DNA of 64,000 nt, taken from an uncultured Planctomycetota bacterium (GTDB lineage Bacteria > Planctomycetota > Planctomycetia > Isosphaerales > Isosphaeraceae). The notes under the pieces are model-generated. The model saw only the letters and a list, made by a program, of their open reading frames with translations. It did no database searches and was not told the DNA's origin. Positions 1-11,773 of the stretch are shown one piece after another (within the stretch, counting starts at the first letter, position 1; every line of letters begins with the position of its first letter). The stretch covers positions 5,440,001 to 5,504,000 of the forward strand of contig CAVTTN010000002.1 of NCBI GenBank assembly GCA_963737655.1, given 5' to 3'. Position numbers and translations under genes: made by a program.

Positions 1-691
1 CAAGGGTTTCAATGAAGAACATTTGTCCACTCGATCCGATGACCCGCGGCTCTCCGCGAGGATTCGCTCGTTCGAGACGGCGTTCGGGATGCAGATGGCG
101 ATGCCCGCGGCGTTCGACCTCTCGTCGGAGACCGACGCCACCCTCGGCCTCTACGGGCTGGCGCCAGGGGCGAGCACGGGGTTCGGCTGGCAGTGCCTGG
201 TGGCCCGGAGGCTGGTCGAGCGGGGCGTGAGGTTCGTCGAGCTGATCGACACCGGCTCCAGCGGCAACTGGGACTCCCACGGCGACATGGCCGACCACGG
301 CCGGCTGGCGAAGAACGTCGATCGCCCGGTGGCCGGGCTGCTCCGCGACCTGAAGGGCCGGGGGATGCTCGACGAGACGCTCGTGGTCTTCACCTCCGAG
401 TTCGGCCGGACCCCGTTCAACAACACGGCCGACAACAAGGGCCGGGAACATCACAACTGGGCGTTCAGCTCGTGGCTCGCCGGGGCCGGGGTCAAGCGAG
501 GCCACGTTCACGGGAGCACGGACGAGCACGGCATCCGCCCCGCCGAAGACCCGGTCCATGTCCACGACTTCCACGCCACCATCCTTCATCTGATGGGCCT
601 CGACCACACGAAGCTGACGTATCGCCACGCCGGACGGGACTATCGGCTCACCGACGTCCACGGGAACGTCGTGAAGGGCATCCTTTCGTGA
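1..691 (+). CDS. DUF1501 domain-containing protein (5'-truncated by window edge)
   Basis: Motifs CLVARRLVERGVRFV, WDSH, LLRDLKGRGMLDETLVVFTSEFGRTP, GREH and LTYRHAGRDYRLTDVHG are typical of the DUF1501 C-terminus. Confidence 0.9.
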   Translation, partial: KGFNEEHLSTRSDDPRLSARIRSFETAFGMQMAMPAAFDLSSETDATLGLYGLAPGASTGFGWQCLVARRLVERGVRFVELIDTGSSGNWDSHGDMADHGRLAKNVDRPVAGLLRDLKGRGMLDETLVVFTSEFGRTPFNNTADNKGREHHNWAFSSWLAGAGVKRGHVHGSTDEHGIRPAEDPVHVHDFHATILHLMGLDHTKLTYRHAGRDYRLTDVHGNVVKGILS

Positions 692-1524
692 CCGCCTCGC
701 CGGTCGTGGACGCGCACGTCCACTGCTTCGCCGGGATTTCGGACCCGAGGTTCCCCTACGCCCCGGACGCCCCGTATCGGCCGGGTCCGCCCGCGACTCC
801 CGAACATTTGCTCGCGTGCATGGACGAGGCGGGCGTCGATTTCGGGATCGTGGCGCACCCCGAGCCCTACGGCGAGGACCACCGCTACCTGGAGCACGTC
901 CTGGACGTCGGCGGGGGCCGATTGAAGGGCGTGGCGCTCGTCTTCGCCGACCGCCCCGGGGCGCCCGATCGGCTCTCGGCGATCGTGGCGAGTCGGCCGG
1001 ATCGGGTCGTGGCGCTGCGGGTCCACGCCTACGCCCCGGAGCGACTGCCGCCGTTCGGGTCGGCCGAGCTCCGGGATTTGTGGGCGAGGGCCGCCGACCT
1101 CGGGCTCGCCGTCCAGGTCCATTTCGAGCCGAGATACGCCCCGGGGTTCGTGCCGATGATCCGGGAATTCCCGGGGACGACCGTGATCGTCGATCACCTC
1201 GGGCGGCCGATGCAGGGCTCTCCCGAGGAATTCGCGGCCGTCCTCGGGCTGTCGCGATGGCCGAACGTCGTGGTGAAGCTCTCGCAGATCCCCGACCCCG
1301 GCCGCTATCCCCATCGCGACCCCGGGCCGATCGTCCGGGAGATCATCCGGCGGTTCGGCCCCGGTCGGCTGATCGCCGGAGGGGAATTCGTCGCGGGATC
1401 GTCGGGCGGATCGTATCGGCATTCGCTCGAAATCGTGTCCGAGCACCTGTCCGGGCTCCCGGACGCCGACCGCTCGCTGGTCCTCGGCGGGAACGCGGCG
1501 AGGCTGTTCAACCTTGAACCGTGA
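688..1524 (+). CDS. Amidohydrolase_2 family metal-dependent hydrolase
   Basis: GTG start overlaps the upstream TGA; VVDAHVH metal motif, VIVDHLG, VVVKLS and C-terminal GGNAARLF. Confidence 0.85.
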   Translation: MTASPVVDAHVHCFAGISDPRFPYAPDAPYRPGPPATPEHLLACMDEAGVDFGIVAHPEPYGEDHRYLEHVLDVGGGRLKGVALVFADRPGAPDRLSAIVASRPDRVVALRVHAYAPERLPPFGSAELRDLWARAADLGLAVQVHFEPRYAPGFVPMIREFPGTTVIVDHLGRPMQGSPEEFAAVLGLSRWPNVVVKLSQIPDPGRYPHRDPGPIVREIIRRFGPGRLIAGGEFVAGSSGGSYRHSLEIVSEHLSGLPDADRSLVLGGNAARLFNLEP

Positions 1525-1745
1525 ACGCCTGCAAGAATTTACATTGATTGGCGTATCGGGCCCGCTAACTTTGCCATCCAAAGCGATCCGCTTTGCGAGA
1601 CAAAGCGGATTCGATGCGAGGACGCGAAGGCGTCCGCCGAAACGATGGACGACCGGGCGGGGAGTGTGCCAAACTGAGGGGGGCGGGCCGAGGGCCCGTC
1701 GTCTCTTCGTCCGTGGGTCCGTCTCGTTTCGCCAGGAATTTGGCC

Positions 1746-2744
1746 ATGAATGCAACCGATCCGATCGCCGCCCTGGATGCCCTGGAAGCGGAGGGGCTGG
1801 CGGCGTTCGGGGCCGCGACGACGGCCGAGGCGGTCGAGGCGGCGCGGATCGAGTACCTCGGCCAGAAGCAGGGGAAGGCCCGGGCCGCCCAGGAGCGGCT
1901 CAAGACCCTGCCGAACGAGGCGAAGCGCGGCTATGGGCAGCGGTTCAACGCGCTGAAGGCCGCCCTGGAGGCCGCGTTCGAGGGGGCGAAGGCCCGGGCC
2001 TCGCGGCCCTCGGCGGGCGCCGGCGGGATCGACGTGACCCGCCCCGGTTCCCCCCGGCCGAGGCTCGGCCATCGCCACCCGCTCACGCAGACGGCCGACG
2101 AGCTGATCGACCTGTTCGGCCGGTTCGGGTTCTCGGTGGCGAGGGGGCCGGAGGTGGAGGACACGTTCCACAACTTCGAGGCCCTGAACATCCCGGCGGC
2201 CCACCCGGCCCGCGACCCGGCCGATAATTTCTACCTCTCCGAGGGCACCCTGCTCCGGTCGCAGACCAGCACGGTGCAGATCCGGGTGATGGAGACCCAG
2301 CCGCCGCCGGTCCGGGTGATCGCGATCGGGCGGGTCTACCGGCCGGACGAGGTGGATTCCACACATTCGTTCATGTTTCATCAGGTGGAAGGGTTGATGG
2401 TCGATCGCGGGGTCACGATGGCGGACCTCAAGACGGTGTTGCGGCTCTTCGCCCAGAGTTACCTCGGCGAGGACGTGAAGATCCGCTTCCGGCCCAGCTT
2501 CTTCCCGTTCACCGAGCCGAGCGTGGAGGTGGACATGCTCTGGCACGGGGGCGACCGCTGGGTCGAGATGGGCGGGGCCGGGATGGTCGATCCCAACGTG
2601 TTCCGGGCCGTGGGCTACGATCCCGAGGAGGTCACCGGCTTCGCCTTCGGCCTGGGGATCGAGCGGCTCTGCATGAGGAGGCACGGGATCGACGACATCC
2701 GACTTCTTTATCAGAACGATTCGCGGTTCCTGGCCCAGTTCTGA
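1746..2744 (+). CDS. pheS: Phenylalanine--tRNA ligase alpha subunit
   Basis: [50 protein letters not shown] and [11 protein letters not shown] motifs. Confidence 0.98.
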   Translation: MNATDPIAALDALEAEGLAAFGAATTAEAVEAARIEYLGQKQGKARAAQERLKTLPNEAKRGYGQRFNALKAALEAAFEGAKARASRPSAGAGGIDVTRPGSPRPRLGHRHPLTQTADELIDLFGRFGFSVARGPEVEDTFHNFEALNIPAAHPARDPADNFYLSEGTLLRSQTSTVQIRVMETQPPPVRVIAIGRVYRPDEVDSTHSFMFHQVEGLMVDRGVTMADLKTVLRLFAQSYLGEDVKIRFRPSFFPFTEPSVEVDMLWHGGDRWVEMGGAGMVDPNVFRAVGYDPEEVTGFAFGLGIERLCMRRHGIDDIRLLYQNDSRFLAQF

Positions 2745-2809
2745 GCGACGGGTGTTCGGCGCCCCGGATCGAAAACCGGAGGTGGTCGGCCGACTGGCCG
2801 CCGCGTCAT

Positions 2810-2831
2810 TGGTGCATTTCATGCACCCTAC
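2810..2831 (-). repeat. REP family 1 (GTAGGGTGCATGAAATGCACCA), single arm
   Basis: tggtgcatttcatgcaccctac is identical to the arms of the full elements at 20151, 37513, 50729 and 63381. Confidence 0.85.
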
Positions 2832-2916
2832 GGGGTCGCCGCCTGGCTTCCGGTACGGTACGATTCTCTCGGCGCCGGGCACTCCTCGATTTTCCCCTCT
2901 CCACCGAGGCTCAGTC

Positions 2917-3162
2917 ATGGAAACGGACAAGGACCGGGTGATCGTCTCCGTGGGCGGCGCGGCGGGCGGCGGCACCCAGGTGCATCACCGCGATTTCCCC
3001 GAGATCCGGGCCGAGGGGGTCTCGCCGGCCGACGCGGCCGTCCAGCTGGTCAATCAGTTGACCCGGGCCCTGGACTCGGCCCTGACGAAGTGGCGGCGGG
3101 ACGCGGTCCAGCAGGCCATCGCCGACGTCCAGGCGTTCGCCTCCGACGGCGCGAAGCCTTGA
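2917..3162 (+). CDS. Small hypothetical protein
   Basis: ATG after gagg; 81 aa with coding-like composition (QVHHRDFPEIRAEG...WRRDAVQQAIADV). Confidence 0.65.
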   Translation: METDKDRVIVSVGGAAGGGTQVHHRDFPEIRAEGVSPADAAVQLVNQLTRALDSALTKWRRDAVQQAIADVQAFASDGAKP

Positions 3163-3199
3163 GCCTCCGTAACGTCCTGACCCCCGAGGACCTCCGCCC

Positions 3200-4549
3200 G
3201 TGCCGAACCGCCCCGCCCGGATCGTCGCCCTGGGGCTGCTCGCCGGCCTCGGCCCGATGATCGCCCGCGCCGACCTCGACGACTACGTGAAGGCCGCCGA
3301 CCCGTCGTTCTCCTGGAAGGTCGTGGACTCGAAACCCGGCCAGCACGGGATTCGCCGGCAGACGGCCCTCAAGCTGACCTCGCAGACGTGGCAGGGCCGG
3401 CCCTGGACCCACGACCTCCAGGTCTACGAGCCGGACGAGCTGCGTTGCCCGGACGTCTTCCTCCTGTTCATCACCGGGGGGAGCAACGCCAACCCTCGGG
3501 CGAGCTTTCAGGACGCGGCCTCGGGCGAGGCCCTGGCCCGCGCCTGCGGGGCCAGGGTGGCCATCTTGCCCCAGGTCCCCAATCAGCCGCTGATGGGCGG
3601 GCGGACCGAGGATGACCTGATCGCCGAGACGTTCGTCCTCTACCTGAAGACCCGGGACGAGACCTTGCCCCTGCTCTTCCCGATGGTCAAGAGCGCCGTG
3701 AGGGCGATGGACGCCCTCCAGGACTGGGCCGCGACGGAGAGCTTGCCCAGGCCCCGGTTCGTCGTCTCGGGCGCGAGCAAGAGGGGATGGACCACCTGGC
3801 TCTCGGCGGCCGTCGATCCCCGGATCATCGCCATCGCGCCGATGGTCATCCCCACCTTGAACATGAAAGAGCAGAACAAGCATCAGCTCGAGGTCTGGGG
3901 CAAGTACTCCGACCAGATCGCCGACTACACCCGCCGGGGACTCATGGAGAAGATCGAGACCCCCGAGGGCACCAAACTCTGGAAGATGATCGACCCGTAT
4001 TCGTATCTCGATCGGATCAAGATCCCGACGCTCCAGATCAACGGGACCAACGACCAGTACTGGACGCTCGACTCGATGAATCTGTTCTGGAACGACCTGA
4101 AAGGCCCGAAATCGGTCGTCTATCTGCCCAATGCGGGCCACGGGCTGGAGCCTCATCGCGATTATGCCGTGAACGGGGTCGGCGCCCTGTTTCGTCAGAC
4201 CGTCGCCGGCCGCGAATTGCCCCGGTTCGTCCTGTCCGTGATGGCGGTGGCCCCCGAAGCGGACCGCCCTGCCGGTTCCCGGTGGTCGCTGGACCTCCGG
4301 GCGACCGACCCGAAGCCCAGGAAGGTCGAGTGGTGGACCGCCGAGACGCCCTCCCAGGACTTCCGCCCCTCGGTCTGGACGGCCGAACTCGCCGGGCCGA
4401 TCGGCGACCCGCCCATCTTGAACAAATACCTGCCCACGCCGAAAACGGGTTCCCGGGCGATCTTCGCCGACCTCACGTTCACCGTCGAGGGGCTGGACTA
4501 TCACCTCTCGACCCCGATCTCGATCGACCACGCCCCGTCTTCCAAATGA
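3200..4549 (+). CDS. PhoPQ-activated pathogenicity-related protein (PqaA family, alpha/beta hydrolase fold), secreted
   Basis: Signal peptide; LTSQTW, QVPNQPL, EDDLIA, PMVKSAVRAMD, GASKRGWTTW, IDPYSY, GTNDQYW and PNAGH motifs. Confidence 0.88.
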   Translation: MPNRPARIVALGLLAGLGPMIARADLDDYVKAADPSFSWKVVDSKPGQHGIRRQTALKLTSQTWQGRPWTHDLQVYEPDELRCPDVFLLFITGGSNANPRASFQDAASGEALARACGARVAILPQVPNQPLMGGRTEDDLIAETFVLYLKTRDETLPLLFPMVKSAVRAMDALQDWAATESLPRPRFVVSGASKRGWTTWLSAAVDPRIIAIAPMVIPTLNMKEQNKHQLEVWGKYSDQIADYTRRGLMEKIETPEGTKLWKMIDPYSYLDRIKIPTLQINGTNDQYWTLDSMNLFWNDLKGPKSVVYLPNAGHGLEPHRDYAVNGVGALFRQTVAGRELPRFVLSVMAVAPEADRPAGSRWSLDLRATDPKPRKVEWWTAETPSQDFRPSVWTAELAGPIGDPPILNKYLPTPKTGSRAIFADLTFTVEGLDYHLSTPISIDHAPSSK

Positions 4550-4616
4550 AATGAATCGCACCGAAACGGGACCCCGACGATCGATTGCCGGCGCATCTTG
4601 GCGGGAGGAAGCGACG

Positions 4617-5273
4617 ATGAGCACCGCGAGCCAGGCCGAATTCGTCACTCCGCCGATCGTCGATCCGGTCCCCGCGACCTTGATTCCGGACGAGCCGGAG
4701 GTCACGACGGCCGATTTCCGCCATCGGTTCACGATGGCGGAGTTCGAGAAGCTCCACATCCTCGGCTTTATCGACGAGGACGAGCAGCGATTCGAGTTGC
4801 TGGACGGAGACTTGATCGCGATGTCCCGCATCTTGCCTCCGCATGCCTCGTGCATCAACCGGCTCCAGGACATGTTCGCGATGCGATTGGCCGGGCGTGT
4901 CTCGATCCTGATCCAGAATCCGATCGTCCTCGGGGAACGCACCCAGCCTCAGCCCGATGTCACCCTCGCCCGCTACCGCAAGGACGGCTATGCGATCGCT
5001 CATCCTCGCCCGGAGGATGTGTTCCTGGCGGTGGAAGTGATGGATTCCACCCATCGCAAGGATCGGGGCGTCAAACTGCCGCTTTATGCGAAAGCCGGAC
5101 TGCCCGAGACCTGGCTGGCGGACCTCCCCGGCTTGCAGCTGGAAGTGCATCGGAAGCCCGTCGAAGGCGTCTACTCCGAACGCCTGATCCTCCGCCCGGG
5201 TCAATCGGTGGCCCCCGAGGCGTTCCCCGAGCTTGTCCTCGCCGTCGATTCCGTCCTCAGCCGGCCCGAGTGA
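4617..5273 (+). CDS. Uma2 family (DUF820) endonuclease-like protein
   Basis: ELLDG, PPHA, PQPDV, HPRPEDVFLAVEV and DRGVKLPLYAKAGLPETW motifs. Confidence 0.9.
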   Translation: MSTASQAEFVTPPIVDPVPATLIPDEPEVTTADFRHRFTMAEFEKLHILGFIDEDEQRFELLDGDLIAMSRILPPHASCINRLQDMFAMRLAGRVSILIQNPIVLGERTQPQPDVTLARYRKDGYAIAHPRPEDVFLAVEVMDSTHRKDRGVKLPLYAKAGLPETWLADLPGLQLEVHRKPVEGVYSERLILRPGQSVAPEAFPELVLAVDSVLSRPE

Positions 5274-5276
5274 ACC

Positions 5277-7277
5277 ATGATCGTTAGCTGGAACTGGCTT
5301 GCGCAGTACGTCCGCCTCGACATGAGCGCCGAGGCCCTCGCCGATCGCCTGGCCCTGACCGGGCTGAACCATGAGTCCACCGAGGACGTCGGCGGCGACC
5401 TGGCCATCGACCTGGAAGTCACCTCGAACCGCCCGGATTGCCTCGGCCACCTGGGCGTGGCCCGGGAAATCGCGGTTTTGTTCGACAAAACGCTCAAAAT
5501 CCCCGATCCGAGGCCGCCGGCCTCGGGTGCTCCGGTCGAGGCGCTCACGGCGGTGGCGGTCGAGGCGGCCGACCTCTGCCCCCGGTTCACGGCCCGGGTG
5601 GTCTCGGGCGTGACGGTCCGCGAAAGCCCCTGGTGGATGCGAAAACGGCTCGAAACCCTCGGGGTCCGGCCGATTTCGAACGTCGTCGATGTCACCAATT
5701 ACGTGATGTTCGAGTGCGGCCAGCCGCTGCATGCCTATGACCTGGACACCCTCGCCGAAAAGCGGATCGTGGTCCGCCGGGCCCGCCCGGGAGAGAAGCT
5801 CGTCGCGATCAACGGCAAGACGTATGAGCTGACGGGCGAAATGCTTGCGATCGCCGACGCCCGGAAGCCGGTCGGCCTGGCCGGCGTCATGGGCGGGCTG
5901 GAGACGGAGATCGGACCGGGGTCGCGGAACGTCCTGATCGAGGCCGCCCGGTTCGACCCGATCTCGATCCGCAGGACCGGCCGAGGCCTCGGCCTGACCA
6001 GCCAGGCGAGCTATCGGTTCGAGAGGCCGATCGACCCCGAGATCACCGAGTGGGCGAGCCGCCGGTGCGCCGAGCTGATCCTCGAAACCGCCGGAGGGAC
6101 GCTCCATCCCGGGGTGATCGACACGGGCTTGCCCATCTCGCCCCGTCCGCCGGTCACGTTGCGCCTTGACCAGCTTCCCCGGGTCCTCGGGATCGCGATC
6201 GACCGGGAAACGGTCTCGCGAATCCTGATCGCCCTGGGGATGTCTCCCGAGGGGGAATCCCCCTCGTCGCTCACGTTCCGCCCGCCGAGCTGGCGGTCGG
6301 ACCTGGAGCGCGAGATCGATCTCGTCGAGGAAGTGGCCAGGATTCATGGTTACGAGCATATTCCCGAGGATCGGCCGGTCCCGTTGGCCCGGTCGTCGAA
6401 GGGGGCCCGCGAGCGGGTCGAATCCGAGGTACGTTCCGCGTTGACCGGCCTGGGACTCGACGAGGCGTACACGTTCAGCCTGGCGGCCTCGGCCGAGTGG
6501 GACCCGACGCCCGGGGCCTCGGCGGACCTGGCCCCCCTGAAGGTCGAGCATTCGACCCGGAAGCGTGAGGTCTTCCTGAGACGGAGCCTGGCCCCGAGCC
6601 TCTTGCTCGCCCGTGCGCACAATGAAGCGCATGGGATCGCCGATGCCTCCCTGTTCGAGATCGCCAACGTCTACCGGCCCCAGCAGGGCAAAGCCTTGCC
6701 CGACGAGCCGACCCGGCTGGCGATCGTCTCGGGGAGGGATTTCCTCGGCCTGAAGGGGATCATCGAGGCGCTCCTGGGGAGGCTCCACGTCGCCGATCCC
6801 CTGGAAGCGAAGCCGAGTGCCCATCCGCTCCTGGCCGAGGGCCGACAGGCAGACCTGTTCCTGGGCCCCCAGTGGCTCGGGACGCTCGGCGAGGTCGTCC
6901 CGGACGCGGCGGGGCTTCGCGGGGCGTGCTCGGCGGCCGAGCTGTCGTTCGACCTGATCCGGGATCGGGCGGTGCTGGTCCCCCAGAACCGCGAGCTCCC
7001 CGCCTTCCCGGCGACGGCGAGGGACCTCTCGCTCGTGGTCGATCGGGCGTTGCCGTGGTCGGAGGTCGAGGCGGCGGCGAGGGCGGCGGGCGGCCCGTCG
7101 CTGGAATCGGTCGAGTTCCTCGACACCTTCGACCTGCCCGACGGCAAGCACAGCCTCCACTTCGGCCTGACCTTCCGCCACCCGGGCCGCACCCTGACCG
7201 GCGAGGAAGCCGATCGCGCCGTCCAGGCGATCGTCGCCTCCTGCTCGGCCCGGTTCGGTGCGACCCTCCGGACGTGA
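5277..7277 (+). CDS. pheT: Phenylalanine--tRNA ligase beta subunit (short form without the B2 OB-fold)
   Basis: SNRPDCLGHLGVARE, NVVDVTNYVMFECGQPLHAYD, LAGVMGG, PSWRSDLEREIDLVEEVARIHGY; C-terminal FDX-ACB (RDLSLVV...RTLT). Confidence 0.96.
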   Translation: MIVSWNWLAQYVRLDMSAEALADRLALTGLNHESTEDVGGDLAIDLEVTSNRPDCLGHLGVAREIAVLFDKTLKIPDPRPPASGAPVEALTAVAVEAADLCPRFTARVVSGVTVRESPWWMRKRLETLGVRPISNVVDVTNYVMFECGQPLHAYDLDTLAEKRIVVRRARPGEKLVAINGKTYELTGEMLAIADARKPVGLAGVMGGLETEIGPGSRNVLIEAARFDPISIRRTGRGLGLTSQASYRFERPIDPEITEWASRRCAELILETAGGTLHPGVIDTGLPISPRPPVTLRLDQLPRVLGIAIDRETVSRILIALGMSPEGESPSSLTFRPPSWRSDLEREIDLVEEVARIHGYEHIPEDRPVPLARSSKGARERVESEVRSALTGLGLDEAYTFSLAASAEWDPTPGASADLAPLKVEHSTRKREVFLRRSLAPSLLLARAHNEAHGIADASLFEIANVYRPQQGKALPDEPTRLAIVSGRDFLGLKGIIEALLGRLHVADPLEAKPSAHPLLAEGRQADLFLGPQWLGTLGEVVPDAAGLRGACSAAELSFDLIRDRAVLVPQNRELPAFPATARDLSLVVDRALPWSEVEAAARAAGGPSLESVEFLDTFDLPDGKHSLHFGLTFRHPGRTLTGEEADRAVQAIVASCSARFGATLRT

Positions 7278-7550
7278 ACCTCGGGACCGACTGGAGCGGC
7301 GGGATTCTCCTTCGAGGGCTCCTTCTCCCGCGGGGCCCTGGCCGCCTGGATTGTCGCCAGTTCGTCCTGGCCTGGCTTCCTCCAGTCGTGGATTCGATGG
7401 TCGCCTTGATCTCGGCGTCCTCGGGCCCGCCTGGCCTGCCTCCGGAGGATCTCCAGGTCTGCATGAGCCCGTCGGGGCGATCGCTCGGTCGCCCGGAGCT
7501 ACGCGCCCCGGCACCGACCGCGTTTCGGCACTCCGGGCCGCACCGGGGCC

Positions 7551-8060
7551 TCAGGCCTTGGGGCCGCCGGCCTCTCGGGCGATGACCCGGTTGAGCGCCT
7601 CCTGCAAGGCGTCGCGATGGGATTTTTCCTCGGTGAGGATCGCGGCGAGCTCCCGGGCGCTCTCGGTGTCGCCGATCTCCTCGAACGCGGCGACCCAGGC
7701 CGTGTACCAGTGGACGGCGTTGGCCTTGACCGCCAGGTCGTGGGCGATCCGCTCGTGGGGGTGCGCGCCCATCTCGCCGACCTTGTCCTTGAGCCGGCCG
7801 AAGACCTCGCCGAGCCCGCCTCCCAGGCTCCGCGACGGGGTGAACCCGTAGCGGACGGCCACGGTCTCCACGGCCGAGCGGTGCCTCTCGTCGGCCTCGG
7901 CGATCTCGTGATACAGGACGCTCAGGCTCGGCTCGGGCGGGGTCTCGGCGCGGGATTTGGCCTCGGTGGCCATGTCACGCTCGGCGTCGATCCCCTTGGA
8001 GAATTCGGACGCGATCCATTCGCGGTGGATCGTCGGCGGGAGGGTCGGGGCGGTGGCCAT
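7551..8060 (-). CDS. Ferritin-like domain protein
   Basis: Helical protein with two ExxH motifs (DERH, EEKSH). Confidence 0.7.
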   Translation of the reverse strand: MATAPTLPPTIHREWIASEFSKGIDAERDMATEAKSRAETPPEPSLSVLYHEIAEADERHRSAVETVAVRYGFTPSRSLGGGLGEVFGRLKDKVGEMGAHPHERIAHDLAVKANAVHWYTAWVAAFEEIGDTESARELAAILTEEKSHRDALQEALNRVIAREAGGPKA

Positions 8061-8128
8061 CGCGGCAATCCTCGGTCAAGACAGGAAGGCAGGGAACCCA
8101 GGTGGAGGAGCCTTCCCTCCCACCAGAG

Positions 8129-8143
8129 GCAAGCCCAGTGCCG
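8129..8143 (-). promoter_or_regulatory. Sigma-54 (-24/-12) promoter for the ferritin-like gene
   Basis: Minus strand CGGCACTGGGCTTGC: GG-N10-GC with both GGCAC and TTGC, about 70 nt upstream of the ATG. Confidence 0.7.
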
Positions 8144-8174
8144 AGGCGCCCGAATGAACGCCGGAGGGTCCATT

Positions 8175-8875
8175 TCAGGTACCCGACGGATGGCCCGAGT
8201 CGGGGAGCCGCGCCGGCCAGTCCAGGACCACGGTCGTCCCCCGGCCGGGCTCGGCCACCAGGCGGGCGGTCCCTCCGAACAGGGCGGAGACCTTGGCGAC
8301 GATCGCCAGGTCCAGCCCCCGGCGTTCCGGGCGCAGCCCAGGACGCGCTCGAAGGCGTTCGGGTCGATCTCGTGGGTCTGGACCGACTCCTTCGGCGGGA
8401 CGTCCGCGTGGATCTCGATCACCAGGCGGTCCGGCCCTCCGCCGACGGTCAGGCGGACCGGCTTGCCCGACGAGGCGACCAGGGCGTTGCCGATCGCCTT
8501 CTGAAGGGCCAGGGACGCGCGGGACTCGTCCAGGAACGCCTCGGTCGGCGCCCCGGGCGAGACCACCAGCTCGACGGCGTCCCCCTTCTCCCGGCCATGC
8601 TCGACCAGGTCGCCGACCATCCTCCTGGGGTCGAACAGCGACGGGGCCAGGCCCGATCGCTCGGCCGGGAGCCGGGAGAAATCCACCAGGATCAGGAGCA
8701 TCCGCTCCAGCTCCAGGGAATTGGCCCGGATCAGCGCGAGATCCTCGGCGATCTCGCCCTGGGTGGGCCCGGCTACCTCATCAATCATCCTCAAGGCCAG
8801 GCTGATGACGTTCAGAGGGGTGCGCAAGTCGTGGACGACGACTTCCTGGGTCCTCGGGCTCGCGAAGATCGCCAT
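8175..8875 (-). CDS. Sensorless histidine kinase-like protein with degenerate HATPase domain (frameshift near 8330)
   Basis: H-box HDLRTPLNVI near the N-terminus; GNAL; continues in another frame as RRGLDLAIVAKVSALFGG...PGRGTTVVLDWP to TGA at 8175. Confidence 0.75.
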
Positions 8876-9102
8876 GGTCGGGGAGTCTCGGTCAGGATGA
8901 GGACGAAAGGGTTGGGGGGAACGTTACCGGGGCCGGCCCCGCCCCCGGGCTCACGGGTGGTCCAGACGAACCACGCGATCGAAAGGAAAGAGAGAACGAA
9001 CGAATGAGGGCAAGGGCAAGGCGTCGGGCCTGCCCGGATGACTACGGTTCGCATCCGTTGAGATCGAGGCGACTTCGGAGCGATCGAATTCGATCGGATC
9101 GC

Positions 9103-9294
9103 TTACCACGGCTTCAACTTCCAGCCCAGGACGAACCCGATCCCCAACGCGCCGAGGACCACGGGGATGGGATGGTCCCGGGTATACCTCGAGAACGCCT
9201 CCAGGACCTCCTCGGTCCGGGCGTCGAGTCCCGACGGGCGCGAACCGGCGCGCCCCATGTCCGCGGGAAATCCCCCCCTCGCCAGATCGACCAT
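9103..9294 (-). CDS. Small DUF883/ElaB-like tail-anchored membrane protein
   Basis: GGAGGAGG RBS; C-terminal YTRDHPIPVVLGALGIGFVLGWKLK. Confidence 0.7.
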   Translation of the reverse strand: MVDLARGGFPADMGRAGSRPSGLDARTEEVLEAFSRYTRDHPIPVVLGALGIGFVLGWKLKPW

Positions 9295-9347
9295 CGGACC
9301 GTCCTCCTCCCTCGGGATCGGATGCTGGGGAAACCGAGCAAATCGAA

Positions 9348-9362
9348 GCAATTATGATGCCA
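9348..9362 (-). promoter_or_regulatory. Sigma-54 (-24/-12) promoter for the small DUF883-like gene
   Basis: Minus strand TGGCATCATAATTGC: GG-N10-GC. Confidence 0.72.
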
Positions 9363-9600
9363 GTACGCATGGGTCCACGCGCCACTCGCCCCCTTTGCAA
9401 CATCATCGCGGCGAACCCGCCGATTGATCACCCGGCCCATCGACGCCGTCGAGCGTCCTGGGTTACGATGATGCGGGGCCGGCCTGAGAAGTTCGTTTCT
9501 TCGTGGTATTGAACTTGCTCAGAGACGGGCATCCCGACGCCCGCCCCCTCCGGGCCTGAGGATCTCCGCTTCCTGCCCTTTCCTGGCGAGAACCGGTCGC

Positions 9601-10993
<1,393 letters not shown>

Positions 10994-11162
10994 CGATCGC
11001 TCGAAATCCGGCCGACGGCCTCGGGTCGCCTCCTATCGGGCCTCCGCGGGCCGACGATCGGGGGCGGGAGGTTCTCGGCGTGTCGTTTGCTTTCCTCCTG
11101 GGCACGAGCGCTCGCGGATGTCCCGCGATCGCGCATTCCGCGACCCGCGCACTTCGTTTCTC

Positions 11163-11606
11163 ATGAGGTCTCCGATGCCCCCCGCCTCCTCGCGGACGGC
11201 CGCCGACGTGATGACCCCGGCCCCCCGGACCTGCTCGCCGTTCTCGACCGTCCTGGAAGCGGTCCTGATCTTCCGGGACGCCGATTGCGGGGCCGTCCCG
11301 ATCGTCGATCAGGGCAAGCCCCTCGGAATTCTCACCGATCGCGACGTGGCCCTGGCCCTCTCGGAGTACCCCGACCTCGCCGGCCGGGCCGTCGCGGACA
11401 TCATGACCAAAGGGGTGATCACCGTGACCCCCGAAACCCCCCTGAGCCACGTCGAGGCGACCATGACCGATAACGGCGTCCGCCGCGTCGTGGTCATCGA
11501 CAATGACGGCCGGATCGTCGGCATCCTCTCCTGGGCCGACCTCGTCCAAGAGGAGACCGACGCCAAGGTCGGCGAGGTCGTCAGCGACGTCCTGGAACAG
11601 GCGTGA
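11163..11606 (+). CDS. CBS domain pair protein
   Basis: [34 protein letters not shown] and GILSWADL motifs. Confidence 0.9.
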   Translation: MRSPMPPASSRTAADVMTPAPRTCSPFSTVLEAVLIFRDADCGAVPIVDQGKPLGILTDRDVALALSEYPDLAGRAVADIMTKGVITVTPETPLSHVEATMTDNGVRRVVVIDNDGRIVGILSWADLVQEETDAKVGEVVSDVLEQA

Positions 11607-11635
11607 AGCGGAGGAACCGAGTCGTCGCGACGGGA

Positions 11636-11730
11636 TTCTCGGGTGGCATGCTTACGTCTTCGTAAGCATGTCTTCGAATGGAGCTTGACCGAAGACATGC
11701 TTACGAAGACGTAAGCATGCCGCCCGAGAA
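11636..11730. repeat. REP family 2 (GGGTGGCA...) inverted doublet
   Basis: ttctcgggtggcatgcttacgtcttcgtaagcatgtcttcg ... cgaagacatgcttacgaagacgtaagcatgccgcccgagaa, between convergent genes. Confidence 0.85.
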
Positions 11731-11773
11731 GGCCGGCCCTCCGCGGGTGCCATCCGATCGTGAACCACTCGTT

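Noticed and set aside
11100..11115. Sigma-54 promoter upstream of the CBS gene (GGCACGAGCGCTCGC)
   Set aside because: The GG-to-GC spacing is 11 rather than 10 and TTGC is absent; it would fit only if there were an indel error.
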